Positions 39,400 through 50,696 of a stretch of 64,000 bases of DNA are shown here, piece after piece (position 1 is the stretch's first letter; the number at the start of each line of letters is the position of its first letter). The stretch is taken from assembly GCA_964016885.1 (NCBI GenBank), contig OZ024746.1:7564001-7628000 (forward strand), written 5' to 3'. Under the pieces are notes generated by a model. The model was not told the origin of the DNA. It saw nothing but the letters and a program-made list of their open reading frames with translations, and ran no database searches. A program made the translations under genes and the position numbers. This DNA is from Eledone cirrhosa. Taxonomy: Eukaryota.

Positions 39400-40380
39400 A
39401 GGAACTCCCACTGCTTCTCTATATCATATGTTGCTATTTCTTCTCTGAGTTCATTTAGCTCTAATTTGCAAGTCACTGACTACTAGGTTACACTGGGAGG
39501 TGCATTCTTCACCTGGGATGGCCTTTGTCAGTTCCACAGAATTCCAGGAGCCTGGATCATTCCTCATTTCCAACACTATACCGACCGTGTATCCCTTAGA
39601 AGCTGTGTTACCCAACATGTCTATTAAAGTCACCTGCTATGATTAATAGTTCCTTGTTATTCACTAGAGAAGTGTGAAGGCGCATGGCTTAGTGGTTAGA
39701 GCATTGGGCTTGCAATCGAAAGGTTGTGAGTTCAATTCTCAGACCGGGTGATGTGTTGTTTCCTTGAGCAAGACACTTTATTTCACATTGCTCCAGTTTA
39801 CTCAGCTGTAGAAATCAGATGATAGTACTGGGGTCCCTATCATTAAATCACCCAAGACACCTCCAATGAGATATACCTTGGAGGGGGCCAGCTAAACCTG
39901 CATAGGTGTGATCTGTAACAACAACATTGTATTAGTCTGTATTAGGGATTTATAAAAGTCACCTTTTATTCTTTCTGGAAGTCCAGAATGCAGTGCATGC
40001 ACTGATATAATAGTCACACTCGATCTATCTAGGACCTTCCTGAGTTTAATGATTCTGTCATTTACTCTGTTGACTGTCATAACATTATCTACCCATTTTT
40101 CTGCTAATAGAATACCTACTCCACTTTGCCTGTAATTATTTCCCACCCAGAAAAATTTATAACATCGTTCTTTACCAACAAGGAGTCTAGCTGACCCCCA
40201 CCTAGTCTCTTCTACACAACACACATCTGCTCTCTTTCACTCTAACATCTCTACAATCTCTCCTGATCTTTCTCTCATTGTGCCTTCATTAATGGTTGCA
40301 GCTCTGAAGTTTGGAAATTTGCTGAAGAAGGGGATGGAGTCTGTCAAGGGGTTGGTGTCAGCTTTCCATGCCTGAAATAA
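39400..40380 (-). mobile_element. RTE LINE endonuclease fragment interrupted by a family C SINE
   Basis: Reads CCVEETRW..YKFFWVG..SGVGILL..V..VNRVNDRII and IPGEECTSQ.NLVVSD (APE motifs). Confidence 0.75.
39674..39916 (+). mobile_element. SINE family C, full length
   Basis: A-box-like TGGCTTAGTGG and B-box-like GAGTTCAATTC; near-identical to the 17712 and 55906 copies. Confidence 0.85.
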
Positions 40381-40495
40381 AGAAGATTCCCTTCGTCACC
40401 TGTATTCCAGTAGATTCAGGCCAAGAAGACATTTTCAAACCCTGAAGTCCAGCCAGAACACAATCTAACAAAAAACGCACAGCACTATAAATTAG

Positions 40496-40538
<43 letters not shown>

Positions 40539-41974
40539 CTTAGTAAAGTCTCAAATGCAGAAAGTAACTGTGAACACAGTTGATTGCTATAAATAACACC
40601 TTAGAAAAAGAGGTAAATACCTCTATAGATGGATAAAAGTATATTTATATATATATATATATATAAGAAATAGTGGAATATTATTCTTCAACATTTAAAC
40701 TGTTTTATTCATTTTACTTTGTATTGAATTTCACGTGAAACTCTTTTGGTTTCAAATCAATAGATTTACAACCATCAGAAAGTAATTGTAAATGTATTAT
40801 TGATTGTTTTAATCAATATATTTCCCAATGGAATACTACTGATTTATCTTGGTTGTCTAACTTTATTCTGAATCACTTCAACTCTATGACATCTGTTGTA
40901 ATACAGGAACTTTTAAAAAATGACGAGTAAAACAATGAGGTCTCTGATGGAGACGAAGCGAGAGTGTATTTGAATATATATAAAAATGAGAAAACTGATC
41001 ACTAGAACACCCGTTAAAACAGCTAAATGCTGTTTTAAATGCCTCAGAGGAGAGAGACCAGTGGCCAACAGACAATCCACAAGGTGGGTGACAGGCAGAT
41101 GAAATATAGAAAAGAGGCATTTTTGCTCATTGCTGTCTTTGGCAGCTTTTATCTGTTTTAATGGCTGTTCTAGTGGTGTGTTTTCTCATTTATGACTAGA
41201 GTAAGTTTTGATAAAACAGAATGATGGTAGGTAAAAATAAACATGATTTTATCACTGAAAAGAGTCAGTAGAATATGTCATCTCATAGATAACTCCTCCA
41301 GAGATTTCAGTATATACCATAGGTTTTATAGAATAAACATTGGTATATTTCACTTATGGCATGGGAAAATGTATGTTAAAATGATGACAATGATACTATA
41401 TACTAAAACAGCTGGCCAATCAAAGAAGGAGTTCACAGCATTACAGTAGTAATAAATAACAAAGTTGTAAATGGAACAAACAAAATATGTGGGATGAACA
41501 TATTACATAATATTGAGCCGAGGATATATGATGGCTTGAAGAAACCACTAGAAAGACTCATGAGACAACACAAGGGAGTCATTTTGACTAGCTCAGCAAA
41601 GTGAATAAATAAATAATTGTTTCTACATTTGTCACATTCTCAGAGCATAACTGGTATTTTATTTTATTAGCTCCGTAACGATGATAGGCAAAGCTAACCT
41701 CAGCAGGATTTGAACTCAGAATATAAAGGGCCATAACTATATGCTGCAAAGCAGGTGTGCTCAATGCTCTACTGACTGCCAATATATTAGAAGCAGGCAA
41801 ACCATGCAGAAGACATTACTGGCTTGTAAAGAAGAAGACTCTAGAACCTAAAAGAAAAGAAAACATATTTTTAAAATTTCAAATTTCTTCAATGTTTCAT
41901 AAATTGATTAAATTTTGTTTACAAGTCTAACCTAACACTTAGAGCTTCTAGAATATAGTAATTAGTAGCCAGGT

Positions 41975-44622
41975 GTGTAATGGTTAAACACAACAGATGT
42001 TCTACAGTGTAATGGTTGTCATCTGGTATACAGCAGATGTTCTACAGTGTAATGGTTGTTATCTGGTATACAGCAGATGTTCTACAGTGTAATGGTTGTC
42101 ATCTGGTATACAGTAGAGGTTCTACAGTGTAATGGTTGTCATCTGGTATACAGCAGATGTTCTACAGTGTAATGGTTGTCATCTGGTATACAGTAGATGT
42201 TCTACAATGTAATGGTTTTCATCTGGTATACAGCAGATGTTCTACAGTGTAATGGTTGTCATCTGGTATACAGCAGATGTTCTACAGTGTAATGGTTGTC
42301 ATCTGGTATACAGTAGATGTTCTACAGTGTAATGGTTGTCATCTGGTATACAGCAGATGTTCTACAGTGTAATGGTTGTCATCTGGTATACAGCAGATGT
42401 TCTACAGTGTAATGGTTGTCATCTGGTATACAGTAGAGGTTCTACAATGTAATGGTTTTCATCTGGTATGCAATAGATGTTCTACAATGTAATGGTTGTC
42501 ATCTGGTATACAGTAGATTTCTACAATGTAATGGTTGTCATCTGGTATACAGTAGATGTTCTACAATGTAATGGTTGTCATCTGGTATACAGTAGATGTT
42601 CTACAATGTAATGGTTTTCATCTGGTATACAGTAGGTGTTCTACAGTGTAATGGCTATCATCTGGTATACAGTAGATGTTCTACAATGTAATGGCTATCA
42701 TCTGGTATACAGTAGATGTTCTACAGTGTAATGGTTGTCATCTGGTATACAGTAGATGTTCTACAGTGTAATGGTTGTCATCTGGTATACAGTAGGTGTT
42801 CTACAGTGTAATGGTTGTCATCTGGTATACAGTAGATGTTCTACAGTGTAATGGTTGTCATCTGGTATACAGTAGATGTTCTACAGTGTAATGGCTATCA
42901 TCTGGTATACAGTAGATGTTCTACAATGTAATGGCTGTCATCTGGTATACAGTAGATGTTCTACAATGTAATGGTTGTCATCTGGTATACAGTAGATGTT
43001 CTACAGTGTAATGGTTGTCATCTGGTATACAGTAGGTGTTCTACAGTGTAATGGTTGTCATCTGGTATACAGTAGATGTTCTACAGTGTAATGGTTGTCA
43101 TCTGGTATACAGTAGATGTTCTACAATGTAATGGCTATCATCTGGTATACAGTAGATGTTCTACAGTGTAATGGTTGTCATCTGGTATACAGTAGATGTT
43201 CTACAGTGTAATGGTTGTCATCTGGTATACAGCAGATGTTCTACAGTGTAATGGTTGTCATCTGGTATACAGTAGATGTTCTACAATGTAATGGTTGTCA
43301 TCTGGTATACAGCAGATGTTCTACAGTGTAATGGTTGTCATCTGGTATACAGTAGATGTTCTACAATGTAATGGTTTTCATCTGGTATACAGTAGATGTT
43401 CTACAGTGTAATGGCTATCATCTGGTTCTACAGTGTAATGGCTGTCATCTGGTATACAGTAGATGTTCTACAGTGTAATGGTTGTCATCTGGTATACAGT
43501 AGAGGTTCTACAGTGTAATGGTTGTCATCTGGTATACAGCAGATGTTCTACAGTGTAATGGTTGTCATCTGGTATACAGTAGAGGTTCTACAGTGTAATG
43601 GTTGTCATCTGGTATACAGCAGATGTTCTACAATGTAATGGTTGTCATCTGGTATACAGTAGAGGTTCTACAGTGTAATGGTTGTCATCTGGTATACAGC
43701 AGATGTTCTACAATGTAATGGTTGTCATCTGGTATACAGCAGATGTTCTACAATGTAATGGCCGTCATCTGGTATGCAGTAGATGTTCTACAGTGTAATG
43801 GTTGTCATCTGGTATACAGCAAATGTTCTACAGTGTAATGGTTGTCATCTGGTATACAGCAGATGTTCTACAGTGTAATGGTTGTCATCTGGTATACAGT
43901 AGAGGTTCTACAGTGTAATGGTTGTCATCTGGTATACAGCAGATGTTCTACAGTGTAATGGTTGTCATCTGGTATACAGCAGATGTTCTACAGTGTAATG
44001 GTTGTCATCTGGTATACAGTAGAGGTTCTACAATGTAATGGTTGTCATCTGGTATACAGTAGATGTTCTACAATGTAATGGCCGTCATCTGGTATGCAGT
44101 AGATGTTCTACAGTGTAATGGTTGTCATCTGGTATACAGCAGATGTTCTACAGTGCAATGGTTGTCATCTGGTATACAGCAGATGTTCTACAGTGTAATG
44201 GTTGTCATCTGGTATACAGCAGATGTTCTACAATGTAATGGTTGTCATCTGGTATACAGTAGATGTTCTACAATGTAATGGCTATCATCTGGTATACAGT
44301 AGATGTTCTACAATGTAATGGTTGTCATCTGGTATACAGTAGATGTTCTACAGTGTAATGGTTGTCATCTGGTATACAGTAGATGTTCTACAGTGTAATG
44401 GCTATCATCTGGTATGCAATAGATGTTCTACAATGTAATGGTTGTCATCTGGTATGCAGTAGATGTTTTACAATGTAATGGTTGTCATCTGGTATACAGT
44501 AGATGTTCTACAGTGTAATGGTTGTCATCTGGTATACAGCAGATGTTCTACAATGTAATGGTTGTCATCTGGTATACAGTAGATGTTCTACAGTGTAATG
44601 GTTGTCATCTGGTATACAGTAT
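41975..44622. repeat. 40-bp minisatellite, about 66 copies (TCTACAGTGTAATGGTTGTCATCTGGTATACAG[T/C]AGATGT)
   Basis: Directly visible; one truncated unit near 43425. Confidence 0.97.
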
Positions 44623-45039
44623 AGGTTCTTCATCTCACAAAAGGAAAATAAAATTGCTTCGAATTGTACGTGAAATCGATGATTATATTGTTCAATAAGG
44701 CCTCTGTGTTGTGTGAGCAGTCACTTCTATTTACGTTGAGATGTTTCCCTTAAGAAGTTACCAGACGGTGACAAACTGTAAAATGAGACCCAGGTAACAT
44801 TGCCAACAGTCCAGTAGTAGTAGTAGTTCAGTGTGTGTAAGACTGTGTGCTGTCGATGTGACAGTGTTTTGGGGTCCAAACGATATCGTATTTATAATAA
44901 TTGCTAGTTGCTTTAAACAATAAACAAATGGCCTCCAAGAATGTCCTCTCCTCTGAGGATTGACTCCGTGGGTCTTCCGTGGATATGACAATAGGGAAAA
45001 CAATAGTAGGAAAACATTTCTGTTGCTACAGATGTGTAT

Positions 45040-45260
45040 GTTGATGATACATGTGACATATACCGGTCGTACCCTTGGAAGTGGAGACTTCTGGTGTCCT
45101 CGGCCCTAGGGCTACCTCCCTACTCACCACCATAGGCGCTGAGCTGGCCAGCCACAGGTGTGAGCCTCGCGAGTTGGAATGGCTTTTCCAGCGCGTCTCC
45201 CTTGCCGTCCTCCGGGGAAACGCCTTCTCCATTCTGTCTGTGGGGAGACCATCAATATGA
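45040..45260 (+). mobile_element. CRE-type retrotransposon RLE C-terminus
   Basis: YIPVVPLEVETSGVLGPRA..WLFQRVSLAVLRGNAFSIL matches the ET.G..G...QR.S.A..RGNA end of RLE elements. Confidence 0.75.
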
Positions 45261-46011
45261 CTAACTTGTCCTTTTATCATCTACAACCTTCACAGTCGAA
45301 CATTTTAACCATCTGTCAACGTATGATATGTAAACATGCTACTCGTCAATCTCCACTATCTCTTCATTCATTTCTCACAGATATTACCTACCCTATTTTA
45401 TTTACTATAAAATAGCTTATCACAACCATTACATTTTTCTCACTACAATTATTTTTCTTTTTCCTTATTATTACAAATTTAACTTCATCAAACAATTACT
45501 CCCGGGTCCCAAATAATAGTGGTAGGGAATAAGCGGGTTGGGGTGGAATAAGCGAGCTTTGGGTTGGACAATCGGTAATTTTTCTAGGTTGTCTTCGTTG
45601 ATTAAAAAAACAACAACAACAGTCTTTTAGTTTACATATTTAGACTCCAATCCATCCTATTTATTTTATAACGTATGGGGTTTCTAGTAATGTACTTTTT
45701 TGTATAATGTTTTTTTTTAATGTCTAAAGAGAATTAATTGTTGCAGGAATGTTAACACTTAAAATAAAATCTCACCAAAGATAGATTAGCAAAATTTAAT
45801 AAGTGCGGGTGGATTCATTGTTAGAGACACAAGCGAAAACACAAACAAATATTATACAAAGGAAAGGGAAAGGAAATAACACACACACACACAAGCAGGT
45901 AATACACACATCTAGGACCACATACAACAAAAAGCAGGCGAAAGGGATCGACAAATGAGCAGCTACCAGAGCAAAAGATGACAATATCGCTAGGATCACT
46001 AGGAAACCTGT

Positions 46012-46140
46012 CTAATCATATTTGTGGCAAGTCAGCACACTTGCAGCGTTACCTCGGGTGATGGCAAGGCTGAGGTGCTGGAACAACCAAGCGTCTGCAC
46101 GAGCATCACCTGTTACCTCGGTTAGGCGACTTCCCCAAAC
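46012..46140 (-). mobile_element. CRE-type RLE C-terminal fragment
   Basis: Reads GSRLTEVTGDARADAWLFQHLSLAITRGNAASVL. Confidence 0.8.
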
Positions 46141-46538
46141 GTCTTGAAAGGATATAAGTATGTGCGCAACCCATATACACAGCACACAACACACAAAATA
46201 GCAAATTAGTCACTGAGGAGGTCACAGAATGTGTGACGAAGCTCTGACAACCATCCGGTTATTAAACCAACTGGAAGTTTGTAATAAATTGAAGTGAAAA
46301 CCAAATGGTGAATGTGTTTTTATTGGCAGCATGAGCCTCCTAAAGTACAAAATATATATATGTGTGTGTGTGAATGTATGTATATATAATTGCCCATGCA
46401 TGAAATCAAATTTAGAAATATCAAATATATTGAAAAGGCAAGGGAAAGTACTCTTCCGTTTTGTTTTTTGTTTTTGCGGTATGCTTTTAGAGTTATCTCC
46501 ATTTGTTAAAGTTAATTGGCATAATTTATGAACAAAAG

Positions 46539-46724
46539 GGTGGTGGATTGGCAGTATCGGTAGAAGGTCGGACACCATGCTTTGCAGCAAAGAGTTACGG
46601 CCCTTTATGATCTGAGTTCAAATCCCGAGAGGTTAGCTTTGTCTTTCATCCTTACGGGGTCGATAAAATAAAGTACCAGTAATGCACTGGGATAATTGCT
46701 GGCTTTGTGCCAAAAGTAGAAATC
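46539..46724 (+). mobile_element. SINE family A with TSD TTTATGAACAAAA
   Basis: Direct repeat at about 46526 and about 46730. Confidence 0.8.
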
Positions 46725-46859
46725 AATATTTTATGAACAAAATATTTTATTTACATACACAAAAACATCACGATTTTTAATAAAGGGAAGATAACTCTAA
46801 AAACACACCGATAAAAAAATCGTAAAGTTAATTGGTGAGATTAATGAACAAAATAGTTA

Positions 46860-47315
46860 AGTGTGGATGTGAGGCGGCATCTGATGTGACCAGGCACTTG
46901 AGAGAGCACATGTCTCCTTCGTCTGCTCACATCCTAGTGAAGCTGGACATGTGTAAAACCTTCAACAGTGTTAGTAGGGTTCACGTTTTACAGACGTGCA
47001 CTCTCACTCATCTCTCCTATGGGACACCCAGTACACTCATGGCTACTGACGAGTGGATCATCTCTGCCACGGGTGTCCAGCAACCCACCCCGCCCGTCCT
47101 TTTCGCACTGGCTGTTGATGACGTCGCCCACTCAATCTGCTCACGCTTCAATGACTAGTACTTGCACGACGCGACTTTGGGAAGCTCAGCTGAGTCCATT
47201 GTTGAGGACCAGCAGCGGGTCATCTCTGCCCTAAGGTACCCTGGATTGGAGATCAACCAGTCCAAGTCCGAAGTCGTCAATGTGAGCTACGACGAAGTCA
47301 AATTCCAAAATGTGT
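46860..47315 (+). mobile_element. CRE-type reverse transcriptase fragment
   Basis: Reads GCEAA..ILVKLDMCKTFNSVSR..SYGTPS..SATGVQQ..PVLFALAV..*YLHDATL..GLEINQSKSE (decayed RT motifs, YLDD-like). Confidence 0.8.
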
Positions 47316-49014
47316 TTTAATGTATAAAGAACTGGAGATAGATTAGCAAAATTTAATAAACGGGGGATAAAGAGCGAGGGGGTTGGAAAAAACTGAAAAA
47401 TTAATAAGCGGAAGGGTGGGGACGATTATTCGAGACTTGAGAGTATATATATATATATATATAGATATATATATATAATATTGGTATAAATTGAAGTTGT
47501 AGCCACAATATAGCAGGTACTAATCGAATTGTTTGAGGCAATCACAAAGCACTCAATGGAGCAAGAAGTTAATACATTATCGTCCAGAGTAAACACAAAA
47601 GTTAAAAAAGTGTGACACAAAGAAAAATGACCAAAGGCAGTGGCCATATTTATATCACAACAATGATAAATACAGGTTGAAGACTTGGACCATCTTGAGT
47701 AGATTAGAATCAACAGAAATCGATAAAAAATCTTCGATCGGTTTTTGGGACCTCTGGAAGCTACACCACAAATAAATTTGAATGTGATGGAAAAAATAAG
47801 CATTAAGTCAGTGGAAATGTCTGTAATAATTTATTGAATAAATCGGTTTTATTTAGGCTTTCCTGGACAGCAGTAACTTCTGAATTTGGTTTTTTTAAAT
47901 GTTTGCTTTTAAATAGTCAGTCACAGTAATTGCTTGATATTTTATGAGTATGTAAGATGCACCAGAGTTTTGCTCTTATAATTCTCATAAGAGGCCAGGG
48001 TTGTGTAGAATTGAACTAATTATAAAGAAACCTCTCGCTTTACAATTGCTTATTTGGTTTTGTAACCTTTAGTCAAACTTAAAAAAAAAAGATTTTCTGC
48101 ATGACATTGCCCTACCCCATCCTATTACGTGTTCCACCCGATAGACTGAGGCTATGCTGGGGTCCCACCATTGTGTAAATAGAATTGAACATTTAGATAC
48201 GTGAGTAGTGTGTTTTTACTTCTATTTAGACAAGCACTACATATGACAACCTTAACTTCTAGAGGAGAATCCTTGAACAAGATAGTTTTAAGGGATTCTG
48301 CTTTCATAATATATTTTATAGAACATGGGGTCAAATTAATCTGGTTAGAGTGTAAACTTAGAACTATAAGGCATCAAAACATGCCTTGGTATAATTATCT
48401 CCTTAATTCAGAAATATTTTTCAGAACATGGAAAAATAAAATGAAAAATATTTCAAGTATGTGAGGTTTCTTGGACAGATTTGAATACTTGAACTATAGT
48501 TTTTTTTTCAGTGTTCTGAAGAAAAAAGCCAGCAGCATAGAGTGATGAAAGCATAGTTATTAATTTGGAAGGGAATTTGATATCCTATGTAATATTACTC
48601 TGAATGCTACGGTATTTTGAAGATGTACCATAAGGATGGGTTATTAAAATTGAAAAGAAAAAAAAAGAAATTATTATTAAATGTTTAATATATAATTTGA
48701 TATCAGAGAAATAGATTTTATTTGGAATAATTATTTCTCTCGAAAGACCACAGCCAAATACGTTAAAATAAAAAATTAAAAAATTATATGGATATCAACA
48801 TTTATATGATTAGGTACAGATAGGCATAATATGCTGTCTCACTACGTTTAGATCATAAGATCAACTGAGGTTTATAGGACTCATCATTTAATGTCTACTT
48901 TTCCTGCTAGCAATGGTTGGATGGGTCATCACAGACCATGTCAGTACTCAAGTGGAGCTATTGACCTCTCAGTTGAGCTGGAGGGAGGGGGAGGTAACAA
49001 ACATGCTCACACAC

Positions 49015-49087
49015 ACACATTTAGCTTAGATGGTAGAATGCTCACTTAGCATGTGAGAGGTCCCGGGGTCAATGCCCGGATTCTCCA
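49015..49087 (+). pseudogene. tRNA-Ala(AGC)-derived pseudogene, 5' acceptor strand lost
   Basis: Sequence TTAGCTTAGATGGTAGAATG-CTCAC TTAGCAT GTGAG-AGGTC-CCGGG GTCAATG CCCGG-ATTCTCCA has intact anticodon and T stems and an Ala-type 3' end. The D-stem is mismatched and the 5' GGGG is replaced by an (AC)n tract. Confidence 0.75.
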
Positions 49088-49889
49088 ACAAGATGTTGAT
49101 TGTCTTTTCATGTCAATTATGCCAAACAAGGGTTGAGAGGACCCTTCAGTGATGTCAAGGACATGATGGCCTCCCTAGTGTTGGTGATCCATACAATAAA
49201 TGCACCCAGTACATGCTGTAAAGGGGTTAGGAGGACTCTTCAGTTGTGTCACAGACATAACAACTTCTCTTGTGAACTCAGTAGAATGTGAGATCATATG
49301 TAAGCAAGATGCTGATCCCTGGCCTGTCTGGGAGATCAGTAGTACCACTTCAGTACTGACTTTGGCTATGTAGACCTGTCCAACCCTTACCAGCAGGGAA
49401 AGTGGACATTAAAACAACAATGGTATATACACACACACATTACTGCAATTGGTAAATTAAGTCCAGACTTCAGCATCAATCTTTTATGTTTTCGAAGGAC
49501 AAATGGTAAAAGGCAATTCTGAAAGCATAATTTAACCTATGTGAAGCACAGAAGGGACTGGTGGGGGAGATGTATTCATGAATATTGGTGGCAATGATTA
49601 ACAATCTTCTCATTCTTGGAGAGAGAGAAAAAAAAAATCAATTTTTCATTAAAAAAACTTTTTTTTTCTTATATTTTAATTTGATTAAAAAATAATTTCA
49701 TTTGATTTATATAGCTGTAACAAAGTTTTATCTGCAGGTGTGAAACAGTTGTATAATTATTATATACTGTTGATAAGCGACCGAAATAAAGAAAAGATTT
49801 CAGAAGTAATTAAATTAAAAATTTTTTTTTTAAATATAGAATATTTTTTTAAAAATCCATACTTTAATTAAAATGTCATATTTCCAGTT

Positions 49890-50070
49890 TAAAAACTGAA
49901 GCCTGAACAGCATGGACTATTTTTATCTAATTGGTGTTTTTCACAGAAAATATATAACAACATAAATTTACTGTGAATAAAAACTGATGCCTGGATAGCA
50001 TGGATCATGTTTATCCAATTGTTGTTTTTCACAGCAAATATGTAATCACATCTATTTACTGTGAGTAAAA
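49890..50070. repeat. About 89-bp tandem duplication downstream of the IPPK stop
   Basis: AAAAACTGA[A/T]GCCTG..AGCATGGA..TTTTTCACAG..TTTACTGTGA.TAAAA occurs twice. Confidence 0.75.
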
Positions 50071-50524
50071 TTCGAAAACTTTAACATGGGAGGGAGGTGG
50101 AGTATTGTAATAATAGTTTCAATAACATAGTGCTTTCTTCTAACAGCAGAATTGATTACATATTAGAATTAATAATTTGTATTGAAGCACTTAGAAATTA
50201 TTACTCACTTTGGATCCACAGTAAATAATATTGATGTTAAGAGGTGAAACCAACAGCAGTAGCAGATGAATATCTCTCCCACACCATTTCTCAACAAATT
50301 ATCTTAATTCTTTGTTCTGATACTATATCAGTTATTCAATAACTCCTTCCTTTCATGAAAACTGCCTAGAATTAGGCACTGGATTCTAGGGCAATACTTT
50401 CTGCAACAAATATTTAATTTTTTTTTCTTTCCTCGTTTAATGCTCCAGAAAGTAATTTTGTTTATTCGTTTCATGTAAATTGGTTTTTAAAGTTCTGAAC
50501 CAAACATACTATATCTGCATTCTT

Positions 50525-50696
50525 TCAAGGAACAGCAAATTGAGATTTCAAGTAAGCATTAACCATAGTCTCATCTTCTTTCATATAAACTGGAATTTTT
50601 TCATAGGATTTTGGATCCAAGTCAATAATAGCCAAGGAATGTTTATAGAGCTGTCCAAAACAGTCTGTTAAATGAGCAACACCTGAGATATCAGAA
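50525..50696 (-). CDS. IPPK: IPPK last exon, SDISGVAHLTDCFGQLYKHSLAIIDLDPKSYEKIPVYMKEDETMVNAYLKSQFAVP*
   Basis: Acceptor tttcag; TGA at 50525-50527; DLDPK motif. Confidence 0.92.

Larger units (their letters stand above)
45499..47442. mobile_element. TA-flanked TIR element (26141 family) enclosing CRE fragments and a SINE
   Basis: Left end TA-CTCCCGGGTCCCAAATAAT, right end ATTATTCGAGACTTGAGAG-TA. 45499-45810 aligns in reverse to 26141-26470. Confidence 0.6.

Noticed and set aside
39674-39750. tRNA-Cys(GCA)-like sequence
   Set aside because: It is the head of a multi-copy SINE (family C) and continues into the SINE body; the acceptor stem does not pair.
41975-44622. CRISPR-like regular 40-bp periodicity (also 24408-24690 and 16185-17350)
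   Set aside because: Head-to-tail repeats with no unique spacers, no cas genes, and a eukaryotic intron-containing context.
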